Shown: piece after piece, positions 27,556 to 35,049 of the stretch
Layout of the letters: every line of letters starts with the position of its first letter
Numbering within the stretch: the first letter of the stretch is position 1
Source: Clostridia bacterium
Lineage (GTDB): Bacteria > Bacillota > Clostridia > Oscillospirales > CAG-272
Direction: 5' to 3'
Assembly: GCA_017398585.1 (NCBI GenBank)
Contig: JAFQFS010000156.1
Coordinates: 33,259-97,258, forward strand
Length of the DNA stretch: 64,000 bases
The notes under the pieces: model-generated
Told to the model about the DNA's origin: nothing
The model's database searches: none
What the model saw: the letters and a program-made list of their open reading frames with translations, nothing else
Translations under genes and position numbers: made by a program

Positions 27556-28000
27556 TGAAAAGTCAGCTGCTGCTGGAGAGAACGTGCGGCTTCATAGCTG
27601 TCCCCGCTGGTCTCTTTAATCATGGCAAGAATGGCACTTTCCGTGGCAGGAACCGTGGATGCTCCCTGACGTACATAGATTCCTTCCGGGCGGATCCTTT
27701 TCCGGCGAGATAATAAGGACGTGCCGTGCCGCGCTGTACCGTGATTACAACAACATTTTTTCCATCCATGGTCTCATTTCGGCATTCGGTAAACATGGTT
27801 ACATCGGGACGGATTGCATCGCGTATCGCACTTGCCGCACGGAGCATTGTACTGTCCACATTTTCCACGCCGCAGACACTTCCGTCGTCGTTGATTCCTA
27901 TATAGATCGATCCGCCGTCGCAGTTAGCAAATGCGGTGACGGTGTTTTTAATTGCATCGATATATTCCCGTTTCAGCTCGGTTGTTTTGTTTTCAGTCAT
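27533..28000 (-). pseudogene. AlbA_2 (Schlafen-like) domain protein, frameshifted and 3'-truncated
   Basis: MTENKTTELKREYIDAIKNTVTAFANCDGGSIYIGINDDGSVCGVENV...VQRGTARPYYLAGKG. After a 1-nt slip at the T-run 27698-27701 the reading continues as IRPEGIYVRQGASTVPATESAILAMIKETSGDSYEAARSLQQQLTF and then ends at the junction. Confidence 0.6.
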
Positions 28001-28176
28001 GCGTTCAGATCCCTTTATAATAATGATTATCAAGTATATAAGCAAGATGTTTTGTGAAATTTTTGTGGCGGATAAAGGGCAGAATTCAGAAAAAACAATT
28101 CCAACCGATCTCTCCTGCTATAAACCCTCCGACGTATGCTATAATAAAAACAAACACCAAACAGGAGAACCCTATT

Positions 28177-29274
28177 TTGCTTACTATACAGAATACCCAC
28201 AACACCGCTGTCATCTATGCCGATACCATCGACAGCAGTACCGAAGGAATGCTCCGCGAATTCTGCGGACTTCCGCTTTCCGCAGACAGCAGAATCCGCG
28301 TTATGCCGGATGTTCATGCCGGAAAAGGCTGTGTGATCGGTTTGACGATGACCGTCACCGACTGCGTCGCGCCCGGGCTGATCGGCGTGGACATCGGCTG
28401 CGGAATCCTTGCGGTCCGGCTGGATGCGAAACGTTTGGATCTGCAGAAACTGGACAAGCTGATCCATGAAAAAATTCTGGCGGGACGAAATGTCCGTACA
28501 AAACCGCATCGTTTTGCGGAACAGGCGGAACTGGAACGGCTGTTGTGTTACCGTCACATTCAGGCGGACAAAGCTCACGCAAGTATCGGCACCCTCGGCG
28601 GCGGAAATCACTTTATCGAAGTTGACCGCAGCGGGGACGGTTCGTACTGGCTGATCGTTCACAGCGGCAGCCGTCATCTCGGCGCGGAAACGGCGAATTT
28701 CTATCAGAGAGAGGCGTATCGGCAGGATGACAGCGTTCCATACGAATTCGCCTGTCTGACCGGCGAGGGTATGACGGCATATCTGCACGATCTGTCGGTC
28801 GTGCAGGCGTTTGCATCGCTCAACCGTCGGGCGATTGCGGATGAAATTGTCCGGGGAATGAAGGCGGATGTTGCCGAAACGGTCGAGTGTGTCCACAATT
28901 ACATTGATACCGATGCGATGATCCTGCGGAAAGGCGCGATTTCCGCGAAGGAAGGAGAACGTGTGGTGATTCCGATGAACATGAGGGACGGCTGTTTGAT
29001 CGGTATCGGGAAGGGAAATGCGGAGTGGAATTACTCGGCACCGCATGGTGCCGGACGGATCATGAGCCGCGCGGAGACGAGAGATCATTTTACGCTGTCG
29101 CAGTACAAGAAGGAGATGAAGGGGATTTATACGACGTCGGTTTCAAGGGAGACGCTGGACGAAAGCCCGATGGCGTATAAGCCGATGGAGGCGATTGTCG
29201 GGAAAATCGGTGAGACGATGGATGTGATCGAGAGGATTACACCGGTGTATAACTTTAAGACGGGGGAGGAATAA
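28177..29274 (+). CDS. rtcB: RNA 3'-phosphate/2',3'-cyclic phosphate ligase RtcB
   Basis: MPDVHAGKGCVIG, GGGNHFIEV, HSGSRHLG and SAPHGAGR motifs. I prefer the TTG start at 28177, 8 nt after AGGAGA. The track ORF starts at 28054 with a low-complexity extension. Confidence 0.85.
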   Translation: MLTIQNTHNTAVIYADTIDSSTEGMLREFCGLPLSADSRIRVMPDVHAGKGCVIGLTMTVTDCVAPGLIGVDIGCGILAVRLDAKRLDLQKLDKLIHEKILAGRNVRTKPHRFAEQAELERLLCYRHIQADKAHASIGTLGGGNHFIEVDRSGDGSYWLIVHSGSRHLGAETANFYQREAYRQDDSVPYEFACLTGEGMTAYLHDLSVVQAFASLNRRAIADEIVRGMKADVAETVECVHNYIDTDAMILRKGAISAKEGERVVIPMNMRDGCLIGIGKGNAEWNYSAPHGAGRIMSRAETRDHFTLSQYKKEMKGIYTTSVSRETLDESPMAYKPMEAIVGKIGETMDVIERITPVYNFKTGEE

Positions 29275-29330
29275 AGAGGAGGACAGTACCCGCCAAACTT
29301 TCTATTTTCAACTACATATTATCTCTATGA

Positions 29331-29364
29331 AACCCAGCCAATCCGGCTGGGTTATTTTCATTTT
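29331..29364 (+). terminator. rho-independent terminator between rtcB and the amidoligase gene
   Basis: Arms AACCCAGCC (29331-29339) and GGCTGGGTT (29345-29353), then ATTTTCATTTT. Confidence 0.55.
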
Positions 29365-29382
29365 ACGAGGTAATATTTTATT

Positions 29383-30483
29383 ATGACCACCCCCACCTGC
29401 ACACTCTGCAGCCACAACACCCCCGCCGAGGATATCCTCGAATTCGCCGACCATCTCCTCTGTCCCGACTGCGTGACCCGCTACACTACCGAATGCCAAT
29501 GCTGCGGCGAACGCATCTGGTTCGCCGACAACGCCGGTTCCCACGGCTTCCCGCTGTGTCAGGGCTGCTACGAACAGCACTATACCCACTGTACCTCCTG
29601 CGGCTGTATCCTCCATCTTGCTGAAGCCTATTATCCCGACGATGATGACGATCCCTACTGTCGCTCCTGTTACTCCGCACGTGCCGAATCCCAGAGCATC
29701 AACGACTACAACTACAAGCCTGATCCCATTTTCTATGGAACCGGCGAACGATTCTTCGGTGTGGAACTGGAGATCGACGGTGCAGGCGAATGTACTTCCA
29801 ATGCAGAACGCATCCTCGAAACCGCACACCGCAACGGTTTGGAATACATCTACTGCAAGCATGATGGTTCGCTCGAAGACGGTCTGGAGATCGTCACGCA
29901 CCCGATGTCGCCTATGTTCCACCAGTACGAAATGCCGTGGCAGGCGATCCTCGACAAAGCCGTCCGCCTCGGCTATACCTCCCACCAGAGTGGTACCTGT
30001 GGTCTGCATATCCACGTCAACCGTACCGCATTCGGCGATACCGAAGCCGAACAGGATGAAGTTATCGCAAGAATCCTGTACCTCTTCGAACGTCATTGGG
30101 AGGAGCTTCTCAAATTCAGCCGCCGTACCCGCCGTCAGCTTGACCGCTGGGCTGCCCGTTACGGTTACAAGGACAAACCGAAAGACATCCTCGAACACGC
30201 CAAGAAAGGCAGCGCAGGACGCTACACCTGTGTGAACCTGACAAACTTCCACACCATCGAATTCCGCATTTTCCGCGGTACCCTCAAATACAACACCCTC
30301 ATCGCCACGCTGCAGATGGTCAACCACATCTGCGACGCGGCGATTCTTTTGTGTGATGAGGAAATGCGCAACCTGTCGTGGAGCGACTTCATGATGGGGA
30401 TCACCGAACCGGAGCTGATCCAGTATCTCAAGGAACGTCGGCTGTACATCAACGACAAAATCGAAAGCGAGGAGGAAGTGTAA
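29383..30483 (+). CDS. Amidoligase_2 family enzyme (glutamine-synthetase-like fold) with Cys-rich zinc-ribbon N-terminal extension
   Basis: 366 aa. FGVELEIDG, KHDGSLEDGLEIVTHPM, CGLHIHVN and TIEFRIFRGTL match the amidoligase core. The first ~96 aa carry six CxxC-type pairs. Confidence 0.75.
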   Translation: MTTPTCTLCSHNTPAEDILEFADHLLCPDCVTRYTTECQCCGERIWFADNAGSHGFPLCQGCYEQHYTHCTSCGCILHLAEAYYPDDDDDPYCRSCYSARAESQSINDYNYKPDPIFYGTGERFFGVELEIDGAGECTSNAERILETAHRNGLEYIYCKHDGSLEDGLEIVTHPMSPMFHQYEMPWQAILDKAVRLGYTSHQSGTCGLHIHVNRTAFGDTEAEQDEVIARILYLFERHWEELLKFSRRTRRQLDRWAARYGYKDKPKDILEHAKKGSAGRYTCVNLTNFHTIEFRIFRGTLKYNTLIATLQMVNHICDAAILLCDEEMRNLSWSDFMMGITEPELIQYLKERRLYINDKIESEEEV

Positions 30484-31397
30484 TGTGCTGCTTATTCGGA
30501 ATCATTGACTATGGCAGAAGTCTGAGTATGTCTCAGAAGGAGCATATCCTGACTGTCCTCTCAAGGGAATGCGAACTTCGCGGTGTTGATGCCACAGGGA
30601 TCGCTTACAATGGTCAGGAGAGACTTCATATTTACAAACGTCCACTTCCTGCGCATAAAATGAAATTCCGCGTACTGTCCGATACCAATATCATCATGGG
30701 ACACACACGGATGACCACGCAGGGAAGTGAGCAGAAAAATCGGAACAATCATCCGTTTGGTGGGACAACTTTTGCGTTGGCGCACAACGGTATCATTGAT
30801 AATGACTGAGAGCTACGGAAGAGAGAGAATCTTCCTTCGACGGATGTAGAAACCGACAGCTATATTGCGGTACAGCTTCTCGAACGTTCGGATACCTTGA
30901 CCTTCGACAGTCTGCGCGATATGGCGGACCTGCTGAGCGGAACGTTCACGATCACCGTATTGGATGATTGCGACAACCTCTATTTCATCCGTGGCAGTAA
31001 TCCGATGTGCCTGTATCACTGGGAGAATCATGGACTGTACCTGTATGCCTCCACGGAAGAGATATTACTCGGTGCGCTGAGAAATTTGCGGTTCTCGCTT
31101 GGTAAGCCGAAGGAAGTTCCTCTCAGAGCAGGCGATATCCTTCGTATTGACAAATCTGGGGAGCTGACCTACAACAACTTTACGATGAAGCCGATGTACA
31201 CCCGTCCGTATAGTTTTGCTCTGTGGGATTACTATCCGTCCTGCATCAAAGCGGAAGAATCCTATATGGATGATCTCTATTCCATCTCAGGGGCATTCGG
31301 CTATACACGGGAGGACATCGACGCACTGTTGGAAGAAGGAATCACACCGGAGGAAATCGAAGAGTATTTCTACGGCATGGTTCCCTATGAGCTGTGA
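30483..31397 (+). pseudogene. class II (Ntn) glutamine amidotransferase-like protein interrupted by in-frame TGA at 30807-30809
   Basis: MCCLFGI... provides the Cys2 nucleophile. The ATG overlaps the amidoligase stop (TAATG at 30481-30485). ...LAHNGIIDND-TGA-ELRKRENLPSTDVETDSYIAVQLLE... continues in the same frame to 31397. Confidence 0.65.
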
Positions 31398-31491
31398 AGG
31401 GAGGTGAACGGATGGACAATATGTGTATTGGCGTGCCGCCGCGTCGTTAGGATCGCCGCGGAAAATGGCCCATGCCAGAATGAGAAACATA

Positions 31492-31528
31492 ACCCTATTG
31501 CCATACTTTTACGGTATGCTAATAGGGT
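31492..31528. promoter_or_regulatory. imperfect inverted repeat upstream of the recombinase gene (candidate recombinase binding/crossover or autoregulatory site)
   Basis: ACCCTATTGCCATAC (31492-31506) faces GGTATGCTAATAGGGT (31513-31528), 22 nt before the ATG at 31550. Confidence 0.4.
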
Positions 31529-31549
31529 GTACTTCAATGGGAGGAATTT

Positions 31550-32107
31550 ATGAAAATCGGATACATCAGATGCAGCAGTTCTGATCAGAATACCGCACGG
31601 CAGGAAGTGCTGATGCAGGAACTGGGTGTGGAACAGGTCTACATTGACCGCATGAGCGGTAAGAACACCGATCGACCGGAATTACAACGGATGATGAACT
31701 ACGTCCGCGAAGGCGATACGGTGATTGTGGAGTCCATCAGCCGGTTTGCGAGAAATACCCGCGACCTGCTGGAGCTGATCGATTACCTGAACCGCAAGAA
31801 TGTGGAATTTGTATCGAAGAAGGAAGTAATCGATACGTTAACTCCGACAGGAAAATTCATGTTGACAATCTTTGGTGCTGTCGCGGAGTTGGAACGCGAG
31901 TATATTTTGCATAGACAGCGCGAAGGTGTAGAGATTGCGAAAGCGAACGGTGTATATAAAGGAAGAAAGCCGATCGAACGGGAAAACTTCGCACAGGTTG
32001 TAACCCTATGGGAATCCGGCAGGATCACCGCAGTGGAAGCCATGAGGCGGCTGAATTTGAAGCCGAGCACGTTTTATCGGAAGGTCAGGAAGAGGAGAGG
32101 GGGATGA
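31550..32107 (+). CDS. small serine recombinase (resolvase/invertase family)
   Basis: 185 aa. MKIGYIRCSSSDQNTARQ carries the catalytic Ser. Also has the ESISRFARN and GAVAELEREYILHRQREG blocks and a C-terminal HTH (RITAVEAMRRLNLKPSTFYRK). Confidence 0.9.
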   Translation: MKIGYIRCSSSDQNTARQEVLMQELGVEQVYIDRMSGKNTDRPELQRMMNYVREGDTVIVESISRFARNTRDLLELIDYLNRKNVEFVSKKEVIDTLTPTGKFMLTIFGAVAELEREYILHRQREGVEIAKANGVYKGRKPIERENFAQVVTLWESGRITAVEAMRRLNLKPSTFYRKVRKRRGG

Positions 32108-32250
32108 CAGAAAGCACTTCATTCCCCTTCGGATCCCTTCTGAGCTTATGTAAACTCTTACTTGCACTCTAACCATATTGTAAAGGAAATGTTGTCTATG
32201 AATGACAGTCCTGAAAAAATATTATTTCAATCCCAAAAAGGAGAAAAATT

Positions 32251-32826
32251 ATGGTAATCGAAAATGAAAGCAGATTAACTGCAGTAAGAGAAGGCAGAGT
32301 ACTGGATGGGAAAATTCAGATTGAAGGATCCAGTGAAACCTTTACTCTCGTATTATCCAACAAAGAAGTTGTTGTTCCGGAAATTATGGGACCAGATGCA
32401 TATGGAGAGATTGATCCTATCCATGTGTCCGACAGAGAATACGGAAAAGTACAGTTTTATAATGACACCGAAGAATGTTTGTATAAAGGGGACAGAGGAA
32501 ACATTCTTTATTTCAGCGCAAGAAGTACTTCCTGTAATACCCCTTGCGGCGATATGAATGAGCTTATCCATTTTGTTTTATACGGATCGCTTTCAGAGGA
32601 ACTGAAAGACGCTTCGCATAGGGTTGTCTGGGTGAGCGATGTGGCGAACTGTACCAGAGACTATGTGATGATTCAGGACGAGGCGTTTTATTCGAAAGTG
32701 AAATCGCTTTATGCGCCGGAAGTTTGTTGGTATATCCACAATTATGTCAAGGATGCATACGGAGACTTTCCGATCGGCTTTGGAGCCGGCATCATTCGCG
32801 ATGGAGTATTTGAAAGTCTGTGCTGA
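32251..32826 (+). CDS. hypothetical protein
   Basis: 191-aa ORF with AAGGAG RBS and AT-rich codon usage. I recognise no motif. Confidence 0.5.
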   Translation: MVIENESRLTAVREGRVLDGKIQIEGSSETFTLVLSNKEVVVPEIMGPDAYGEIDPIHVSDREYGKVQFYNDTEECLYKGDRGNILYFSARSTSCNTPCGDMNELIHFVLYGSLSEELKDASHRVVWVSDVANCTRDYVMIQDEAFYSKVKSLYAPEVCWYIHNYVKDAYGDFPIGFGAGIIRDGVFESLC

Positions 32827-33001
32827 AACTTGTGAGATGGGGGCAGGGGGATTCTTGCCTCCTTTCTCTCTGTACAGCGTTGATTTTTTGCTGAGCAAAC
32901 AAAAAATCGGTTGTATAGTATATATAAAAAGTGAATTCACTTTTTTAAAAGGGAACATGGGAGTAAACATAATTGTAAATCAATAAAGGAGGTCATTGCT
33001 A

Positions 33002-33358
33002 ATGAATGACAACAACAAAACCGAAATGATCCGGGCTCTGAGAAACCGTACCACAAAGCTTCAGCGGGAAGGAGACTACTGGGATCAGGAAGAAATCGAA
33101 AAACTTAAAGATATGTTTAACGAAGGTGTAGGCATCAGTGACATTGCACTGCAGCTTCAGAGAACCGAGCCTGCGGTACAGCAGCAGATCGAGAAACTGG
33201 ATCTGTACCGTCGGAAGGACAGACCGCAGCGCAGGAAACAGAATAAGAAACGCTGTGAGTATGCGGACAACTGCCCTCATACGCCGGAGACCTGTCCGAA
33301 GTTCCGGAAATGCAGAGAGGAAGGAATGGAATGTTCAGAGAGTACGAAGAACTGCTGA
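33002..33358 (+). CDS. hypothetical small DNA-binding-like protein with Lys/Arg-rich and Cys-rich tail
   Basis: ATG at 33002, 9 nt after AAGGAGG. WDQEEIEKLKDMFNEGVGISDIALQLQRTEPAVQQQIEKL resembles a SANT/Myb- or sigma-r4-like helix-turn-helix. The tail is RRKQNKKRCEYADNCPHTPETCPKFRKC. Confidence 0.45.
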   Translation: MNDNNKTEMIRALRNRTTKLQREGDYWDQEEIEKLKDMFNEGVGISDIALQLQRTEPAVQQQIEKLDLYRRKDRPQRRKQNKKRCEYADNCPHTPETCPKFRKCREEGMECSESTKNC

Positions 33359-33522
33359 CCGCACAGGAAGCCGCTGAAATGCTGAGAGTCGGACATAACG
33401 CGATCTACGCTTTGCTGAAGAGCGGGAAGCTGAAAGGGTTCCGAGTAGGTCGGGTGTGGAAGATACCTAAGGAGGCGGTGGAGGAATATGTGCGCGATAG
33501 CGCGAAGCTGTGGAAGAAATGA
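33331..33522 (+). CDS. excisionase-family (MerR-like) helix-turn-helix protein
   Basis: MFREYEELLTAQEAAEMLRVGHNAIYALLKSGKLKGFRVGRVWKIPKEAVEEYV. Overlaps the preceding gene by 28 nt. Confidence 0.7.
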   Translation: MFREYEELLTAQEAAEMLRVGHNAIYALLKSGKLKGFRVGRVWKIPKEAVEEYVRDSAKLWKK

Positions 33523-33526
33523 GATA

Positions 33527-33555
33527 CCCCCGAGGACTGTGGATGTCCTCGGGGG
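33527..33555 (+). terminator. hairpin after the Xis-like gene
   Basis: Arms CCCCCGAGGAC (33527-33537) and GTCCTCGGGGG (33545-33555), then AGTTT. Confidence 0.5.
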
Positions 33556-33813
33556 AGTTTGCACGGATGGTAGAAAAGCCGTGATAAGCATAGATATATG
33601 AAGTAAATCTTTAACAATGCAGCAAACAATAAGATAAAATAATATGGGCGCCCCAGGGCAAGAGTTGCAGAAACTCTTGCCCCTTGCGTAAACTATAGAG
33701 GAGGAAATACCTATATGTAGATATACACTGATAGACTATCTATACATCATTAATATACAAATATAGTATATATAAACAATACAACTGACATGAAAAACAG
33801 GAGGTACAAAATC

Positions 33814-34335
33814 ATGGCAATTTTTAAGACAGCAAATAAGAAAGGCAAGTATCATGATGATGAGGCAAGATATGATATCCTCAGATATATTCTGCAGGAA
33901 TACAAGCTTCCGCATCGGTGTTTTATGGGATATAATTTCCCTGGACTGATGATTGAGGATCCGACGAGAGCAGCTGCCTATTATGCAGCATGTATGGATA
34001 CAACTGCGGCAAAATTTAACAAGAGCAATGGTGTAAAGGTACGGCAGTTCATTGTGAGTTTTGCTTCGCAGGAACTGGAAGATTACAGAATTGCGAATGA
34101 GATCGCTCACAAATTGTCTGCTTTCTATAGGATGGAATATGAGATGGTATATGCGGTTCATGAAGATACGGGAAATCTGAACATCCATATTGTAATCAAT
34201 TCGGTCAGTTATGTGGACGGACATCGCTATGGCGGAACCAGAAAAGAACATCATGCTTTTTTGAACTACGCCAAGGCTGTACTTCGTCCCTATGGGATTA
34301 ATTTATGGTATCAGAGCAATAAGGAAACAGTTTAA
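33814..34335 (+). CDS. short relaxase/mobilisation-nuclease-domain-like protein
   Basis: ATG at 33814 after AGGAGG. AVHEDTGNLNIHIVINSV matches the relaxase HxDxxxxxHxH histidine motif. At 173 aa it is much shorter than typical MobA/VirD2 relaxases. Confidence 0.5.
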   Translation: MAIFKTANKKGKYHDDEARYDILRYILQEYKLPHRCFMGYNFPGLMIEDPTRAAAYYAACMDTTAAKFNKSNGVKVRQFIVSFASQELEDYRIANEIAHKLSAFYRMEYEMVYAVHEDTGNLNIHIVINSVSYVDGHRYGGTRKEHHAFLNYAKAVLRPYGINLWYQSNKETV

Positions 34336-34370
34336 AAGAATACAGGGTATTTGCTGTAAACTCACAGAAA

Positions 34371-34421
34371 TTCAAGCAGATAGTATAGCTTTGAACAAGC
34401 CGCTGTCTGCTTGAATTTTTT
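34371..34421 (+). terminator. rho-independent terminator after the relaxase-like gene
   Basis: Arms TTCAAGCAGA (34371-34380) and TCTGCTTGAA (34406-34415), then TTTTTT. Confidence 0.6.
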
Positions 34422-34437
34422 ATACCGGAGGATGAGT

Positions 34438-34779
34438 ATGTCCAGCCCTACCATCACCGTTTTACTGGTGAACCCTTATGAAGTTCCGAAACCGATCGAA
34501 ATCCCCGCAGAACTGTCCGTCTATCAGAAACTTGTCGGAGGTACGATCCAGGCAATTTATCCCTCAATGGAAGACCCGATCGCACTGATCTGCAACGACG
34601 AGGGCAAGTTGCTCGGACTCCCGTGGAACCGTCCGCTGTTCGATGAAGATGGGAACCTGTACGACATTATTGCAGGAACCTTCTTCGTTGCCGGCCTGAC
34701 GAAGGACGACTTTGGTTCCCTCTCGCCGGAGCTGATCCAGAAATATACTGCGGTGTTTGCAACGGTATTTCTGATCTGA
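34438..34779 (+). CDS. DUF3846 domain protein
   Basis: MSSPTITVLLVNPYEVPKPIEIPAELSVYQKLVGGTIQAIYPSMEDPIALICNDEGKLLGLPWNR...IIAGTFFVAGL is a typical DUF3846 pattern of conjugative and mobilisable elements. Confidence 0.7.
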   Translation: MSSPTITVLLVNPYEVPKPIEIPAELSVYQKLVGGTIQAIYPSMEDPIALICNDEGKLLGLPWNRPLFDEDGNLYDIIAGTFFVAGLTKDDFGSLSPELIQKYTAVFATVFLI

Positions 34780-34807
34780 ATTCCAGCTTCTCAAAAGGCC
34801 GAAACGA

Positions 34808-34844
34808 TTAAAGAGGAAATGTTTGTGAAGCATTTCCTCTTTAA
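34808..34844. terminator. hairpin between convergent DUF3846 and ATPase genes
   Basis: 14-bp arms TTAAAGAGGAAATG (34808-34821) and CATTTCCTCTTTAA (34831-34844). Confidence 0.5.
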
Positions 34845-35049
34845 TGGGACTATACATTGAATGTTTTTTGGTAGTATACCGGTTCAGATAAGGCAGATTC
34901 GGGTGGTTCGGATGCATTGATCTGAGAAGGGGGATTGGGAGAGGGAAGATTATCTTCGGAAAGAGCCGTTGAACTGTCGATCGGGATCGTCGGATGAGGT
35001 GAGCATGAGAAAAGGAACTGTCCTTTGGAAAGCTGCTCATCCAGGATTT

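Noticed and set aside
28167-28175. The 9-mer AACCCTATT is shared between the rtcB start region and the recombinase-proximal inverted repeat (31491-31499), as a possible second recombination site.
   Set aside because: A 9-nt match is expected by chance in 64 kb on two strands, and the second half-site is absent.
28054-28176. ATG at 28054 as the rtcB start (the 406-aa track ORF).
   Set aside because: The extra 41 aa are low-complexity and have no counterpart in RtcB proteins. A TTG with a well-spaced AGGAGA at 28163-28168 fits the conserved N-terminus better. Confidence in the exact start remains moderate.
30807-30840. Selenocysteine or recoded TGA in the amidotransferase. A 6-bp hairpin GGAAGA/TCTTCC starts 10 nt after the TGA.
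   Set aside because: The stem is short and its loop lacks the conserved G/U features of bacterial SECIS. The position is not a catalytic residue of this family. TGA is used as a normal stop in neighbouring genes. No selA/selB/selC context is visible.
32121-32240. TTCCCCTTCGGATCCCTTC (about 32121) and TTTCAATCCC (about 32226) as the displaced native 3' end of tRNA-fMet (the second att copy).
   Set aside because: They are in the wrong orientation relative to the tRNA and match only 8-10 nt with gaps, which is not convincing.
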